Of a DNA stretch of 64,000 nucleotides, positions 26,601 through 38,297 are shown piece after piece. Position 1 is the stretch's first letter; each line of letters begins with the position of its first letter. Origin of the DNA: Mobula hypostoma (taxonomy: Eukaryota); the NCBI RefSeq assembly GCF_963921235.1, contig NC_086097.1:121460001-121524000 (forward strand), in the 5' to 3' direction. Below the pieces are notes generated by a model that saw only the letters and a program-made list of their open reading frames with translations, was not told where the DNA came from and searched no databases. Made by a program: the position numbers and the translations under genes.

Positions 26601-27887
26601 TTGGAAAGGTATAATATGATTAGGAATAGTCTGCATGGCTTTGTCAAGGGCAGGTCATGCCTTATGAGCCTGACTGAATTTTTTGAGGATGTGACTGAAC
26701 ACATTGATGAAGGAAGAGCAGTAGATGGATTTCAGCGAGGCATTTGATAAGGTACCCCATGCAAGGCTTATTGAGAAAGTAAGGAGGCATGGGATCCAAG
26801 GGGACATTGCTTTGTGGATCCAGAACTGGCTCGCCTACAGAACAGAAGGCAAAGCGTGGTTGTAGATGGGTCATATTCTGCATGGAGGTCAGTCACCAGT
26901 GGGGTGCCTCGGGGATCTGTTCTGGGACCCTTACTCTTCGTGATTTTTATAAATGACCTGGATGAGGAAGTGGAAGGATGGGTTAGTAAGTTTGCTGATG
27001 ACATAAAGGTTGGAGGTGTTGTGGATAGTCTGGAGGGCTATCAGAGGTTACGGCGGGACATTGATAGGATGCAAAACTGGGCTGAGTAGTGGTAGATGGA
27101 GTTCAACCCAGGTAAGTGTGAAGTGATTCATTTTGGTAGGTCAAATATGATGGCAGAATATAGTATTAATGGTAAGACTCTTGGTAGTGTGGAAGATCAG
27201 AGGGATCTTGGGGTCCAAATCCAAAGGACACTCAAAGCAGCTGCGCAGGTTGACTCTGTGGTTAAGAAGGCGTACGAATTATTGGCCTTCATCAATTGTG
27301 GAATTGAATTTAGGAGCCGAGAGGTAATGTTGCAGCTATTTAGGACCCTGGTCAGACCCCACTTGGAGTACTGTGCTCAGTTCTGGTCGCCTCACTGCAG
27401 GAAGGATGTGGAAGCCATAGAAAGAGTGCAGGGGTTATTTACAAGGATGTTGCCTGGATTGGGGAGCATGCCTTATGAGAATAGGTTGAGTGAACTTGGC
27501 CTTTTCTCCTTGGAGCGACGGAGGATAAGAGCTGATAGAGGTGTATAAGAGGAGGAGAGGCATTGATCGTGTGGATAGTCAGAGGCTTTTTCCCAGGGCT
27601 GAAATGGTTGCCACAAGATGACACAGGTTTAAGGTGCTGGGGAGTAGGTACAGAGGAGATGTCAGGGGTAAGTTTTTTACTCAGAGTGGTGAGTGCATGT
27701 AATGGGCTGCTGGCAACGGTGGTGGAGGCGGATGCGATAGGGTCTTTTAAGAGACTTTTGGATAGGTACATGGAGCTTAGAAAAATAGAGGTATATAGGT
27801 AACCTTTTTAATTTCTAAGGTAGGGACATGTTCGGTACAACTTTGTGGGCCGAAGGGCCTGTATTGTGCTGTAGGTTTTCTGTTTCG
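23688..27887 (+). mobile_element. Near full-length CR1 LINE (ORF1 zinc finger/leucine zipper + SGNH esterase; ORF2 APE endonuclease + RT), inactivated by stops and frameshifts
   Basis: ORF1: VVIGNSIVRG, VVHIGTND, DGLHLN. ORF2: NARSV.NK, ITETW, MGDFN, SDH, NYRPVSLTS, GVPRGSVLGP, KFADD, RPHLEYC. 3' hairpin gggccgaagggcctgt. Confidence 0.95.
23773..23819 (+). promoter_or_regulatory. Putative internal promoter of the CR1 5' UTR (NRF1-like, CRE, TATA-like)
   Basis: tgcgcaggcgtg (23773), TGACGTCA (23785-23792), TTTAAAAA (23812-23819). Confidence 0.45.
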
Positions 27888-28758
27888 ATGTGGGTTAGGG
27901 TTACTAAATTGTGGGCATGCTTTGTTGGCGGTGGAAGCATAGTGACACTTGCAAGCAGCCCCCAGCACGTCCTTGCACTATGTTGACTTGGTAAAAATAA
28001 CGCTCTTCACTATATATTTCTATGTACATGTGACAAATAAAGCTAATTTCTAATCTCAAACACAAATACCTGATCATATGTAGTAGATCTGTTTAAGGGG
28101 AATTGATTCACAAGCTATAACCAATTTGTCAGCATAAAGTGTTACTTCCACTTACCTGGTTTAATGATTGAACTACTGCAGCAAGAGGTGATTGTGAACT
28201 AGTAATCATGGTAAACCGCCACTTCCCCAAACTCCAGTGTTCTTACCTCCATGTTGCAGATTATTTTGGGTTGAAGTCCTGAAAGTCATCATTGAAACTG
28301 GTGCTCTCTAGCACCTTGCATTTGGTTAGTGCACAACGAATGGTGAGTAAAGTCAGGGTCGCAGGTTATCCCCATGGTCATACTCCAATTACACATGGGA
28401 CAATTAGTGTTTGTAGTGTTTTTTCCTTCTGGGCATCACAATCCAGTATAAGGGTAGCATTTGAAATATTTATTTCTCCTTGTACTTTCCAAGACAGGTC
28501 ATTGGCAGACTGAGCTTTGCTCATTGTCTTTAGCTCCCAAGGCTAAAGAGAGAATAATCACTTTGATCCTTCACAAAGTCTGAACTAGGCAGCTCAATTG
28601 CCTTCATATTTTGTGAAATTGACCATAGCAATCTCTTCAGAGGGTAGATGTGAAGCACCTCATTAATAAACTTTAAATAGCAATACAAGTCTCTAAATTA
28701 CAAATGTACTATGTAATATTCTTCTTGAAATGATTCTGTTAATGACTTAAAGTTATAA

Positions 28759-28840
28759 ACACAAGAGATTCTGCAAATGCTGGATATCCAGAGTAGTGCA
28801 CACAAAATGCTGGAAGAACTCAGCAGGACAGGACATCTAA
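28759..28840 (-). mobile_element. Penelope tail fragment directly upstream of an RTTN splice acceptor
   Basis: acacaagagattctgcaaatgctgga..cacaaaatgctggaagaactcagcagg matches the tail family seen throughout the window. Confidence 0.8.
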
Positions 28841-28862
28841 CTTGGAGTTTTTTTTTATTTAG

Positions 28863-29075
28863 GCTAGTGAAGTTCTACCAGAGAGCATAGGAAATGCACT
28901 TTATCTTCTGTCTCTGGATGTCCCATTCCGTTTGAGCTATTTCAGCATTCATGAGTCCATCACTGTCTACTTAGAGAAGGTCAGCTTGCAGAGCTATAAT
29001 ATGTACAAGAGAGCCACAGAGGTAGCACACTCAATGGAGTATGCATGTTCTTTTATCAAGGATGTTGAAGCAAAG
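28863..29075 (+). CDS. RTTN: Rotatin coding exon (5th in window)
   Basis: tttag|GCT acceptor, AAG|gtatgt donor. ASEVLPESIGNALYLLSLDVPFRLSYFSIHESITVYLEKVSLQSYNMYKRATEVAHSMEYACSFIKDVEAK. Confidence 0.94.
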
Positions 29076-30402
29076 GTATGTATACATTCTGTTTTATTTA
29101 TTAGTTCTGAAACTAGGGAATAAATATTTGTTGATTTTGACTGTTTTCCTTTTTTTTTCCAAAGAGCAATTGGCAGTTCTGTTTTCATACAGCAAGTCAG
29201 TAGTTAAATTGTTTTGTGGACCAAATTGCTTAAAAGAGTGAATCAATTTATACAGTCAGAGCAGTATATCACTTATATGTGTAGTTCTGTTGTCATAAAT
29301 GGTTTATAATATGAATGCATCTCCTTAATTCAAAATAATATTAATTTGCATTTATAAAATTTTAAATCTTCTTATTTTAATTGAGAAATATTAGTCCTCT
29401 TGTAATAAATATGATTACTTATGGGAACTGATACATGAAAGATGTTCTGAGACATCTTTTATTGTAAAGTTGTCAGACTACAGAGATACAGGTGAGAGCA
29501 TTTCCATGTTGAGTTTCAAAGGTTCTGTCTGAACCTCCATTAAAAGTGAGTATCACATTTAAAAAGAACCAAGTATTTCAGTGTGAAACAAGTCTCCATG
29601 AAACAGATATTTTTATTTCATCAGATTTTGCCAGAATTGTTTTTGATTTTGTTTTTTAATCAAAATCATTATTTGTAATTTTAATTGTGATTCCAAATTC
29701 TAAAATATGTCAACACATTAGATTCATGACCCATTAAAAATCTGTATCATGTATTTTCTGACCTATTTTACTAATTATACAAACCAATATGCACCATAGT
29801 ACATCTCTTTAAAATAAGAAACTCTTAAGTACCATTGAAGAGACCTTAAATTGTCATCATTGTCACAGCCATGCGGAAATAACACAGCTTTATTTCTGGG
29901 AATTGGAGCATTAATGTGGCAATAATTTCTATTTATCTTTCATAGTTGAATAACAGTGATAATCCTGCAATTCTTCTCCCACAATCTAAAGATAGCACTT
30001 GATATACTTGTTTATATTAAACTAGGTTAATACTTGTGGATAACTTCACTCACCTCAACACTGATCTGATCCCTGAACACAACCTGTGGACTTACTTTCC
30101 AGGAGTCTTCAACTCTTGTTCTCAATATAATTAGTTTATTTATCTGTTATGTAGCTATCTATTGATTATTAGCTTTTTAGTGTTTGCACAGTTTGTTTTC
30201 TTTTGCACTTTGTTTGATTGTCAGTCCTTGTGTGTAGCTTTGTTCTACTGTGAATTACTGCAAGAAAATGAATCTCAGGTTAGTATATGGTGATCTACTG
30301 TATACTTTGATAATAAATTTACTTTGAACTTTGCGGTTTTGCATGTAATATTTGGAAAGAGAAAAGCATGTTCTCAGCCTAATTGAATTCTCCTTCTTGC
30401 AG

Positions 30403-30515
30403 AGTGAACGGGATCTGATGGAATTGATTGAGTTAGCAGACCAGGCTGTGCTCAGCCTTCCCTACCATCAACAGCTACAGCTGGTCCAGAAGTTTATTGA
30501 CATCTGCTCAGAAAT
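30403..30515 (+). CDS. RTTN: Rotatin coding exon (6th in window)
   Basis: ttgcag|AGT acceptor, AAT|gtaaag donor (phase 2). SERDLMELIELADQAVLSLPYHQQLQLVQKFIDICSE(I). Confidence 0.92.
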
Positions 30516-31249
30516 GTAAAGAGGATGTTTCATATTATATTTAAATCTTCTAATAAATATAAATACAGAATATTCTTCTTAGGCAATCTCTTGGCTTTGA
30601 AGATCCTATGCTTCCATTGTAATAGTGTGGGTTCTGAGATGTGAATTTGTGACTCCAAGGTGCAGACACAGGTGGGGGAAGAAATACTTAAGAGGACAGG
30701 CTGTTTATTGTCAACTGGTGACAAGATTGTTTGCCATTTATTAAGCTTGCACTTGGTTTTGTTGGAAGCTAAAGGTACTAGTCATGGTGAGAATGGAATG
30801 CTGAATTAACCTGTCGTGTCAGTTCTCCATCCCACTTTCATTTTACATTGTTCCATCCAAACCTGTAACGTTAATTCAGCTTCTTCTCTTTCCACTGATG
30901 TTGTCTGGGTATTTCCAGCACCTGCAGAGGTCTGTCTCTCAGAGCTCCAGCACTGTTATTTTTTTTCCTCTCCTCTATCCTCCATCTCCTCCTTGCATCA
31001 TCTGCACTTAGTATGCCTTCACCAGCCCCTCACAACCTGGATTCCCAGAGCTTGGGTTATCTGGTCTGTCTTGCTCTTCACTCTTGCACAGATGTTTCCT
31101 TTGTTCTCACCATCCATTTTTCCTTGCACATCAAGCTGTGCTTGTTTTTTAAAATTCTATTGGAAGGTTGTGAACTGGAAACATGAACTCTTTTTGTCTC
31201 TTAAGATGCTATGGGTCCTGCAGAATATTTCTAGCATGCTTCTTGTACA

Positions 31250-31810
31250 TAATAAAGTGGCTACTGAGTGCATGTTTGTATCTTCTGCTGCAGCAGTCCA
31301 TCTATTTCAAGGTTCGAAGTGTTGTTTAGAGATGCTCTTCTGTTACAATGCGTGGTTATTGAATTACTGTTGCCTTCCTGTTAGCATGAACCAATATGGC
31401 CATTCTCCTCTGACCTCTCGTTAACAAGATGTTTTAACCCACAGAATTGCTGCTCATTGATTTTTTTTTTATTGCTTTTTACACCATTCTCTGTAACCTC
31501 TAGAGCAGGGGTTCCCAATCTCGGGTCCATGGGCCCCTTGATTAATTGTAAGGGTCCATGAGATAAAAAAAAAATTGGGAACCCTTGCTCTAGAAACTGT
31601 TGTGTGAAAACCCCAGGAGATCAGCAATTTGTGAGATACTCAAATCACCCTGTGTGACAGCAACGATTATTCTATGGTTAAAGTCACTTAGATCATAATT
31701 CTTCCCCGTTCTGATGTTTGGTCTGAACAACAACTAAACCTCTTGACCATGTCTGCATGTTTTTATGCATTGTGTTGCTTCCACATGATTGGCTGATTAA
31801 ATAACTGCAT
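31250..31810. mobile_element. Non-autonomous Tc1-type element (same family as 48727-49238)
   Basis: Colinear internal sequence with the 48.7 kb copy (gcgtggttat.tgaatta, ctctgacctctc.ttaacaag, ccaggagatcagcaattt, ttgaccatgtctgcatg). Confidence 0.75.
31506..31587. mobile_element. 82-bp hAT (Charlie-type) MITE
   Basis: TIRs CAGGGGTTCCCAA / TTGGGAACCCTTG; 8-bp TSD ctctagag (31498) / ctctagaa (31588). Confidence 0.9.
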
Positions 31811-31811
31811 A

Positions 31812-31956
31812 GCAACACACATAAAAGTTGCTGGTGAACGTAGCAGGCCAGGCAGCATCTCTAGGAAGAGGTGCTACCTGGCCTGCTGCATTCACCAGCA
31901 ACTTTTATGTGTGTTGCTTGAATTTCCAGCATCTGCAGAATTCCTGTTGTTTGTGT
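31812..31956. mobile_element. Fold-back Penelope-tail insertion
   Basis: gcaacacacataaaagttgctggtgaa.gcaggccagg and its reverse complement cctggcctgctgc.ttcaccagcaacttttatgtgtgttgc. Confidence 0.85.
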
Positions 31957-32423
31957 TGAAAATGGGATATACACTCAATGGCCACTTTATTAAGTACGCC
32001 TGCATAATTGCTTATTATCCCATTTTCACGCCCACTAGATTTCACGTGTCAAATGGCTGCATTCTGCACCCAAGTAGTTGTTTGATTAATTCTGCCTCCA
32101 GTTTGCTATTGGCAAGAGAACCATAATATATCAGGTTTTCCCTATAAGTTCCAAACAGAATCAGGTTTATTATCACAGACATACCATATGACATGAAATT
32201 TGTTATTTTGTGATGGCAGCAGTGTTGAGCAATGACATTAAAATCTATCAATTACTAAAATAAAGCAAAAAAAGGGAGTAATAAGGGTATGTGCTGATGA
32301 CGAAGGGGAAGAAGTTGTTCCTAAATCATTGAAGTTTGGTCTTCAGGCTCCTCCTGTACCCTTCTCCCTGATGAGAGTAGTAAGAGGCATATGCTGGATA
32401 GTGAAGGGCCTTAATGATGGATG

Positions 32424-32907
32424 CAACACACACAAAATACTGGAGGAACTGAGCAGGCCAGGCAGCATCTATGGAAAAGAGTACAATCAACATTTTGAGC
32501 CATGACTCTTCAGCAGGACAGTCCTGCTGAAGGGTCTTGGCCTGAAATATTGACTGTACTCTTTTCCATAGATGCTGTCTGGCCTGCTGAGTTCCTCCAT
32601 GTCAACTGTACTCTTTTTCATTGATGCTGCCTCTCCTGCTGAGTTCCTCCAGCATTTTCAAAGTTGCTGGTGAACGCAGCAGGTCAGGCAGCATCTCAAG
32701 GAAGAGGTACAGTCAACGTTTCAGGCCAGTCCCGGCCTGAAACGTTGACTGTACCTCTTCCTGGAGATGCTGCCTGACCTGCTGTGTTCACTAGCAACTT
32801 TGATGTGTGTTGCTTGAATTTCCAGCATCTGCAGAATTCCTGGTATTTGCATCCTCTAGCATTTTGTGTTTGTTGCTTGGATTTCCGGTATTTGCAGATT
32901 TTCTGTT
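32424..32907. mobile_element. Fold-back Penelope-tail insertion containing a second nested fold-back (32659-32851), inside a Rex/Babar fragment (about 32155-33045, -)
   Basis: Outer TSD cttaa[t/a]gatggatg (32410, 32908); inner TSD tcctc[c/t]agcatttt (32645, 32852); inner arms 32659-32727 and 32734-32802. Confidence 0.88.
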
Positions 32908-34288
32908 CTTAAAGATGGATGATGCTTTTTTAAGTCACCACCTCTTGAAGATGTCCTTGATGATGGCGTGGGCTGCCCCATTTCAAAACTGGCCAAGTCT
33001 ACATCCCTCTGCAGCTTCTTTTGATCCAAATACATTGGCGGCTCCATAACAAGCTGTTACTGTAAATCTATCACTATAAAGATTCTTAGACCATAGTCCC
33101 GGGAGATTATTACAAAATTTTGTATGACTATTATGTGATTTCCTAGTATAGTAAGATGGACACTTGACCTCACAGTTTTCCTCATTATGACCTTGCACCT
33201 TATTGTTTACCTGCACTGCACTTTCTCTGTAGGTATTACAGTTTATTCTGCATTGTTATTGTTTACCTTGTTAAACCTCAATGCACTGTGTAATGATTTC
33301 ATCTAATATGAACAGTATGCAAGACCGAGCTTTTCACTATCTCAGTACATCTGACAATAACAAACCAATGCCAATTACAATTCTGCCTGAAGGAGTGCCA
33401 CTTCAAAATAGTGTTACATGTTCCTCTACGTAATTGTGCAATTTTTATAAATGAAACTGTTTTCCTGATCTAGTTAAGTAGGCACTTAAAGGTACAGGGT
33501 TGTAACTTGCTGTCAAAGTAACTGAAGTCGATTTGCAAATGGTTTAGCAGCTTCACATCAGGAAGAGATTGTGGATAAGCTACATTCAGCATTTGCTGTT
33601 TAACATTTTCTGCTTTCATGTCACCTTCACAAAAGTCAAACCTTGTTGTAGGCATCAGCATTGAAATGCCCTGAATAGATTGAAGTTGAAGTACTTTAAT
33701 GGTAAATACATACTGTACTAAACTCACAAGAGGGTGATGTGTTCAAGATTTTCTTTTAGTGATATATGGTGTTAAGTTCCAGTGCCAACTGTTAAATCTG
33801 TCTAAAAAAAATGAGATTCCTTTTGTGATTTTAATCTCACAATTCAATCTTTTGGTCCCTTTTCCTGTTCTCTATCTAATTTGTATCTGATTTAGCCACT
33901 CACTTTATGCTTTCTTCTTGTCACTTGAGCTGTTCATTTCAATTTGGTTGTCTCAGATGATACATGGTGTATTTCTAATGTGCTTGGGCAGTAAACATCT
34001 AATCTTCCTCACTACAGTAGGATAACCTTGCACTTTCAGCAAAGTTAAAACATATAAGAAAAAAATCCCGTGGCTAATATCATTTGATTTCTTGCATGAC
34101 CGTTTATTTTCTCTTGTGGGTTCTGAAAAATATTTAGTCATAGTTTGAAAATATTTTCAAATACTAGGTATTTTTTGGCGTGAAAGCTCAACTTTAAATA
34201 ATAGAGGTTTTCGGGTTTTATTCTGTTTAGAGCTGACTTATGCTGCTAAAAAATCTGAATGATGTTATAGCTGTTCGTTTTTTTGCAG

Positions 34289-34415
34289 TTCTAAATCTGC
34301 ACAGGCCAGCCCAATACTTGAAGGAGAAAGTCAGAAAGTGTTCCTAAAACTGTTGTCTCATCCTTTGCCAGTTGTTAAAACTAAGACCTATCATTACTCC
34401 TTAGCTGTTGTCAAG
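34289..34415 (+). CDS. RTTN: Rotatin coding exon (7th in window)
   Basis: ttgcag|TTCT acceptor, AAG|gtaagc donor. [42 protein letters not shown]. Confidence 0.95.
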
Positions 34416-34554
34416 GTAAGCTAAGAACATTGTTGATCTCTTGTTAATGGGCTATAGATTTTACATTGATTTATTGTGTGTGTTCCACTGTAGATTTCTC
34501 TTCACTTGGTCATCTTCATCTTAAAATATTTTCTTTTACTTCTCCAACATAAGC

Positions 34555-35130
34555 CATAGAAACGGATTTATTTCATTCAGCCCATTGAGTCTGATCTGCC
34601 ATTCAATCATGGCTGATTTATTTTCCCTCAAACCAATTCTCCTGCCTTCTCCCTGTAACCTTTGAAGCCCTTACTAATCAACCTATGCTTTAAATATACC
34701 CAATGACTTGGTGTCCACAGCCGTCTGTGGCAATGATTATTGTGTTCCAAGTACGTGCAACTCTTAGATTCCCTTAGGCGTACAAGATGATAACAGGCAT
34801 AGATTAAGTGGAGAGCCAGAGACTTTTTACCAGGGCAGAAATGGCTAATACGAGGGGGTATAATTTAAAGGTGATTGGAGGAAAGTATAGGGAGGTGTCA
34901 GGTAGGCTTTTACACAGAGAATGGTGAGTACATGGAATGGCCTACCAGGGATGGTGATAGAGGCAGATACATTAATGGAATTTAAGAAAATCTTAGGCAT
35001 GTGTATGATAGGAAATTGGAGTGCTATATAGGGGACTAAGGGTTATATTTATCTTACAGTAGGTTAAAAGGTCGGCACAACATTGTGAGCCAAAGGGCCT
35101 GTAGAGTGCTGGTAATGCTTTATGTTCTGT
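34555..35130. mobile_element. Two CR1 3' end fragments in opposite orientation (about 34555-34737 minus, 34785-35130 plus)
   Basis: CR1 tail motifs (ccattcaatcatggctgat; ttttacacagagaatggtg; ggtcggcacaacattgtgagccaaagggcctgt). Confidence 0.75.
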
Positions 35131-36081
35131 TGACTGCATCTACATTCCAACATTTTAAAATGGAACTATTGGGCTGAATGTTTTGTTTTAGGATTCAAAC
35201 TTTCTGTGGTATTCAATGGTGTACAATGTTGTCAAAAATGAGGGCAGGTAACTAGTAATAGAGATAGGCCAGGAGAATGGAAGAGTGTGAGAATAGGCAG
35301 ACTGCATAATATTGCAAATGAGTCAGCAGCAGCCAGAGCTAACTGAGGATTGGAAAGGCTTCTGGTGAGAGGTACCATCACTGAAGCTCAGAATGCTGTG
35401 TTACGGAGATATCTTTATGACTTGGCATTCATATCAAATGGCTGTAACGGATGAAGCATGGATCGTGGTCCTTTTGTAAAGTCAGTGAAGACTAAACCAA
35501 CAAGAGATCCGGGCCACGTGTTTACAGTGGAACAGTCAAAGTTGAGACAAAATAACTTGTATTTATGTGATATTTAGCATATCACAATAACTTTACAACT
35601 GATATGCTAGCTTTTAAAGAGTAGTCATTATTGTCATGTAGCTGATCTATACATGGTATAGCCTGCAAAGTGTGCTGAGATAAATGAACAAAAACTGTTT
35701 CAATTGGTGTTGGTTGAGGAATAAATCATGGTTCGCAAACTGTATAAAATCCTCTATTAATCCTCATACTGCAAACCAGCTTGTGTCGCGTTCTTAACAG
35801 TCATTCAAAAATTAGTACTTCAACAGCAGAATATTCCTCAAAGCTGCATGAAATGTCAACTGAATGAAGTCCCATTGTGGAGCATAAATCTGAAGCCTAT
35901 TTTGGCAAGAACCAGACTGAAACAAGATGAACTTGTAATTCCAATATTCGTAATTGATGTTTTAGCAGAAGGAGCTTTGAAGAATATTGTTTTAATTCCA
36001 TGGTTAACATATGTTAACATACATAAAATTAATCCTGTATTCGATGCACTAATGGATTTATTTTTACATTTTCTTGCTAAG

Positions 36082-36207
36082 AATTGCTTGGGAATCCACA
36101 ATGTTACCAAACCAGCATCATCAGCATCTCATGGCATTCACTTCCTCCTCCATCCTCGTGTTCTGTATGAAATATGCACTTTTGGTTTACAAGACTCTGC
36201 TGTGAAG
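36082..36207 (+). CDS. RTTN: Rotatin coding exon (8th in window)
   Basis: gctaag|AAT acceptor (AAG type), AAG|gtactt donor. NCLGIHNVTKPASSASHGIHFLLHPRVLYEICTFGLQDSAVK. Confidence 0.93.
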
Positions 36208-37429
36208 GTACTTAGATTTCTAAATGTTTATTTAACAGGCAATGGTATACTCTTTATGAATTTAAGGTGTTGGAAGGAGATGGACTAGATGTGATCTGGA
36301 AATCTTTGAAAGGTAGACTACAAAAGATCATTCAGTCTATTGTCACCATTCTGGGTCTCTGTTGCAACTCATTAATTAGCTCATGGCCCACAATAATGAA
36401 AGTGCTTATCCTTGAAGTATGTACTCAGTTTACCTTTTGGCAGGTAAAATGTTATCCAGGATGCTTGGGAAATAAAAAACTGAAATATTACTGTAGGACA
36501 CTATTACTTGATAGATACATCTTGAGTACCATGTATTTGAGTATTGCTCACCATATTAGAGGGAAATTGTAGTTACTCAGATTTGAGTACAGAGATAATT
36601 TTCCAGCACTAAAATATTGTAATTGTGTGGAAAGGTGGAAGGCTTGGCTGTCTTTTTGGAGAGCACAAGCCATCAACTTGTGAGGGGCCAAGTTGAAATA
36701 AATAGAAAGTACCTATTTCTATCGAACATCAACATAAAATAATTGGTAGAAAGATAAAACATTATTTTTCCACTTTTAGGTTAAGAAGGGTCTGGAACTC
36801 TGCTAAAAGACTAGTAGAGGCAGAAACCCTCAAGTAAAACGAGAATTTTATTTTGGAATTGCAGGTAAAGAGTTGTGTTCTGCAGAGCTCCAAACCTGGT
36901 GTTGGAAAGTGTGATTAGGTTGGGTAGCTCTTTTATTTCCATTTGGTAGTGACACAATTGGCCTAATCTTCTGTATCATAACTAATACAGTTCTCTACTT
37001 GATATCTGACTCTATGCCTTTTTTAAATTGCCTTCAATCTATGATTATTGATTCTTTTGCCAGTGTGAACAATTTTTCCTTATCTCAGATTCCCTTGTCT
37101 TTCCCCATATTAGTCCAAAGTAAATCTATTCTATAAATTCATCAGTTTTTAAAAAAAATATTATTTTACTTTGTATGTTTATAGAGGCTAACACTCTCAT
37201 TTTCTTTTTTTTTTAGTACACCTCCATACTTTCAGTATTCTGTTTGGTTCTGAATTCTGATAATTATTTGCTTCTCCTGACCATTCATTATAATTTCTGT
37301 CTGAGTCTTTGACATCAGGGCAGTATATAATCCAGTGCAACATTAAGGAGTCCTATTCTAAGAGAAGTCAATTGGCATTAAAGGGAAATGTACCACAAGA
37401 ATTATGCCTCTCATAAAGGAAGATGGAGC

Positions 37430-37840
37430 AGCTTCAATCCATCTGCCGCAACAGATGGGAATTCCTGGTGGCCACCCATGTTAATTCTACTTCCCATTCC
37501 CATTCTACTGCCATGATGAGGTCACTATCAGGTTGAAGGAGCAACACCTCATGTTCCATCTGGGTAGCCTCCAATCTGACAGCATGAATATTGATTTCTC
37601 AAACTTCTGATAATTTCTCCTCATACCCCCTTCTCGGTTTTTTCAGTCTACATTCTGGCTTTCCTGTTACCTCTTCTCTTCTCCTCACCTACCTATTACC
37701 TCCTTCAGGTGCACCTTCCTCCTTTCCTTCCTCTCTTGGTCCTTTCTCTCCAACTAGATTCACTCTTCAACCCTTTACCCTTTCTACTTATCCACCTCCC
37801 AACTTCATTCTTCATTCCTCCCTTCCCCCTCACCTGGCTT
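37430..37840 (+). mobile_element. Degenerate Penelope-like 3' fragment
   Basis: cctggtggccacccat, gagcaacacctcatgttccatctgggtagcctccaa colinear with 14660-14840. Confidence 0.8.
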
Positions 37841-37989
37841 GATCAGTATGTTTCTTGAGGAAAATACTCTTGCTGAATCTGATACTGGAAAATAAAGAAG
37901 GTCAAATGATAGTTCATTCATTACAAGAACATTTGGAGAACAGTAATCACAAATGAGATTTAGATTAGTAATGGAAAGTGGAATTATTA

Positions 37990-38297
37990 GGCAAGGCAGG
38001 TTAATGTTCCATTTACAGTGCCTGCAATAACCAATCAGAGTTTGGTTTCCACCATCGCCTGAAAGCTGTATTTTCTCCCTGTAACATTGTGGGTTTCCTC
38101 TGGACATTCCAGTTTCCACCCACATTCCAAAGATGTGTGGTTAGGGTTAGCAAGATGTGGGCATGTTATGTTGGTGCCAAAAGAGTAGCGACACTTGCGG
38201 CCTGCCACCAGCAAAATCCTTGCTGATTTGATGTAAACAATCCATTTCACTGTATGTTTCAATGTACATGTGACAAATAAAGCTAATCTTTATCTTT
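37990..38297 (+). mobile_element. V-SINE copy, followed by an opposite-strand V-SINE with a different tail (about 38350-38632)
   Basis: gtgggtttcctctggacattccagtttccacccacattccaaaga and tail gacaaataaagctaatctt; the second copy has ggcacggtagtgtggtgg..ggttcaattc on the minus strand. Confidence 0.75.

Noticed and set aside
30816..31424. 202-aa ORF on the + strand
   Set aside because: Composed of decayed Penelope tail and Tc1 MITE sequence, Leu/Ser/Cys-rich, with no recognisable domain or splice context.
35848..36288. 146-aa ORF as a standalone gene
   Set aside because: Only 36082-36207 resembles rotatin; the flanks are intronic in-frame read-through.
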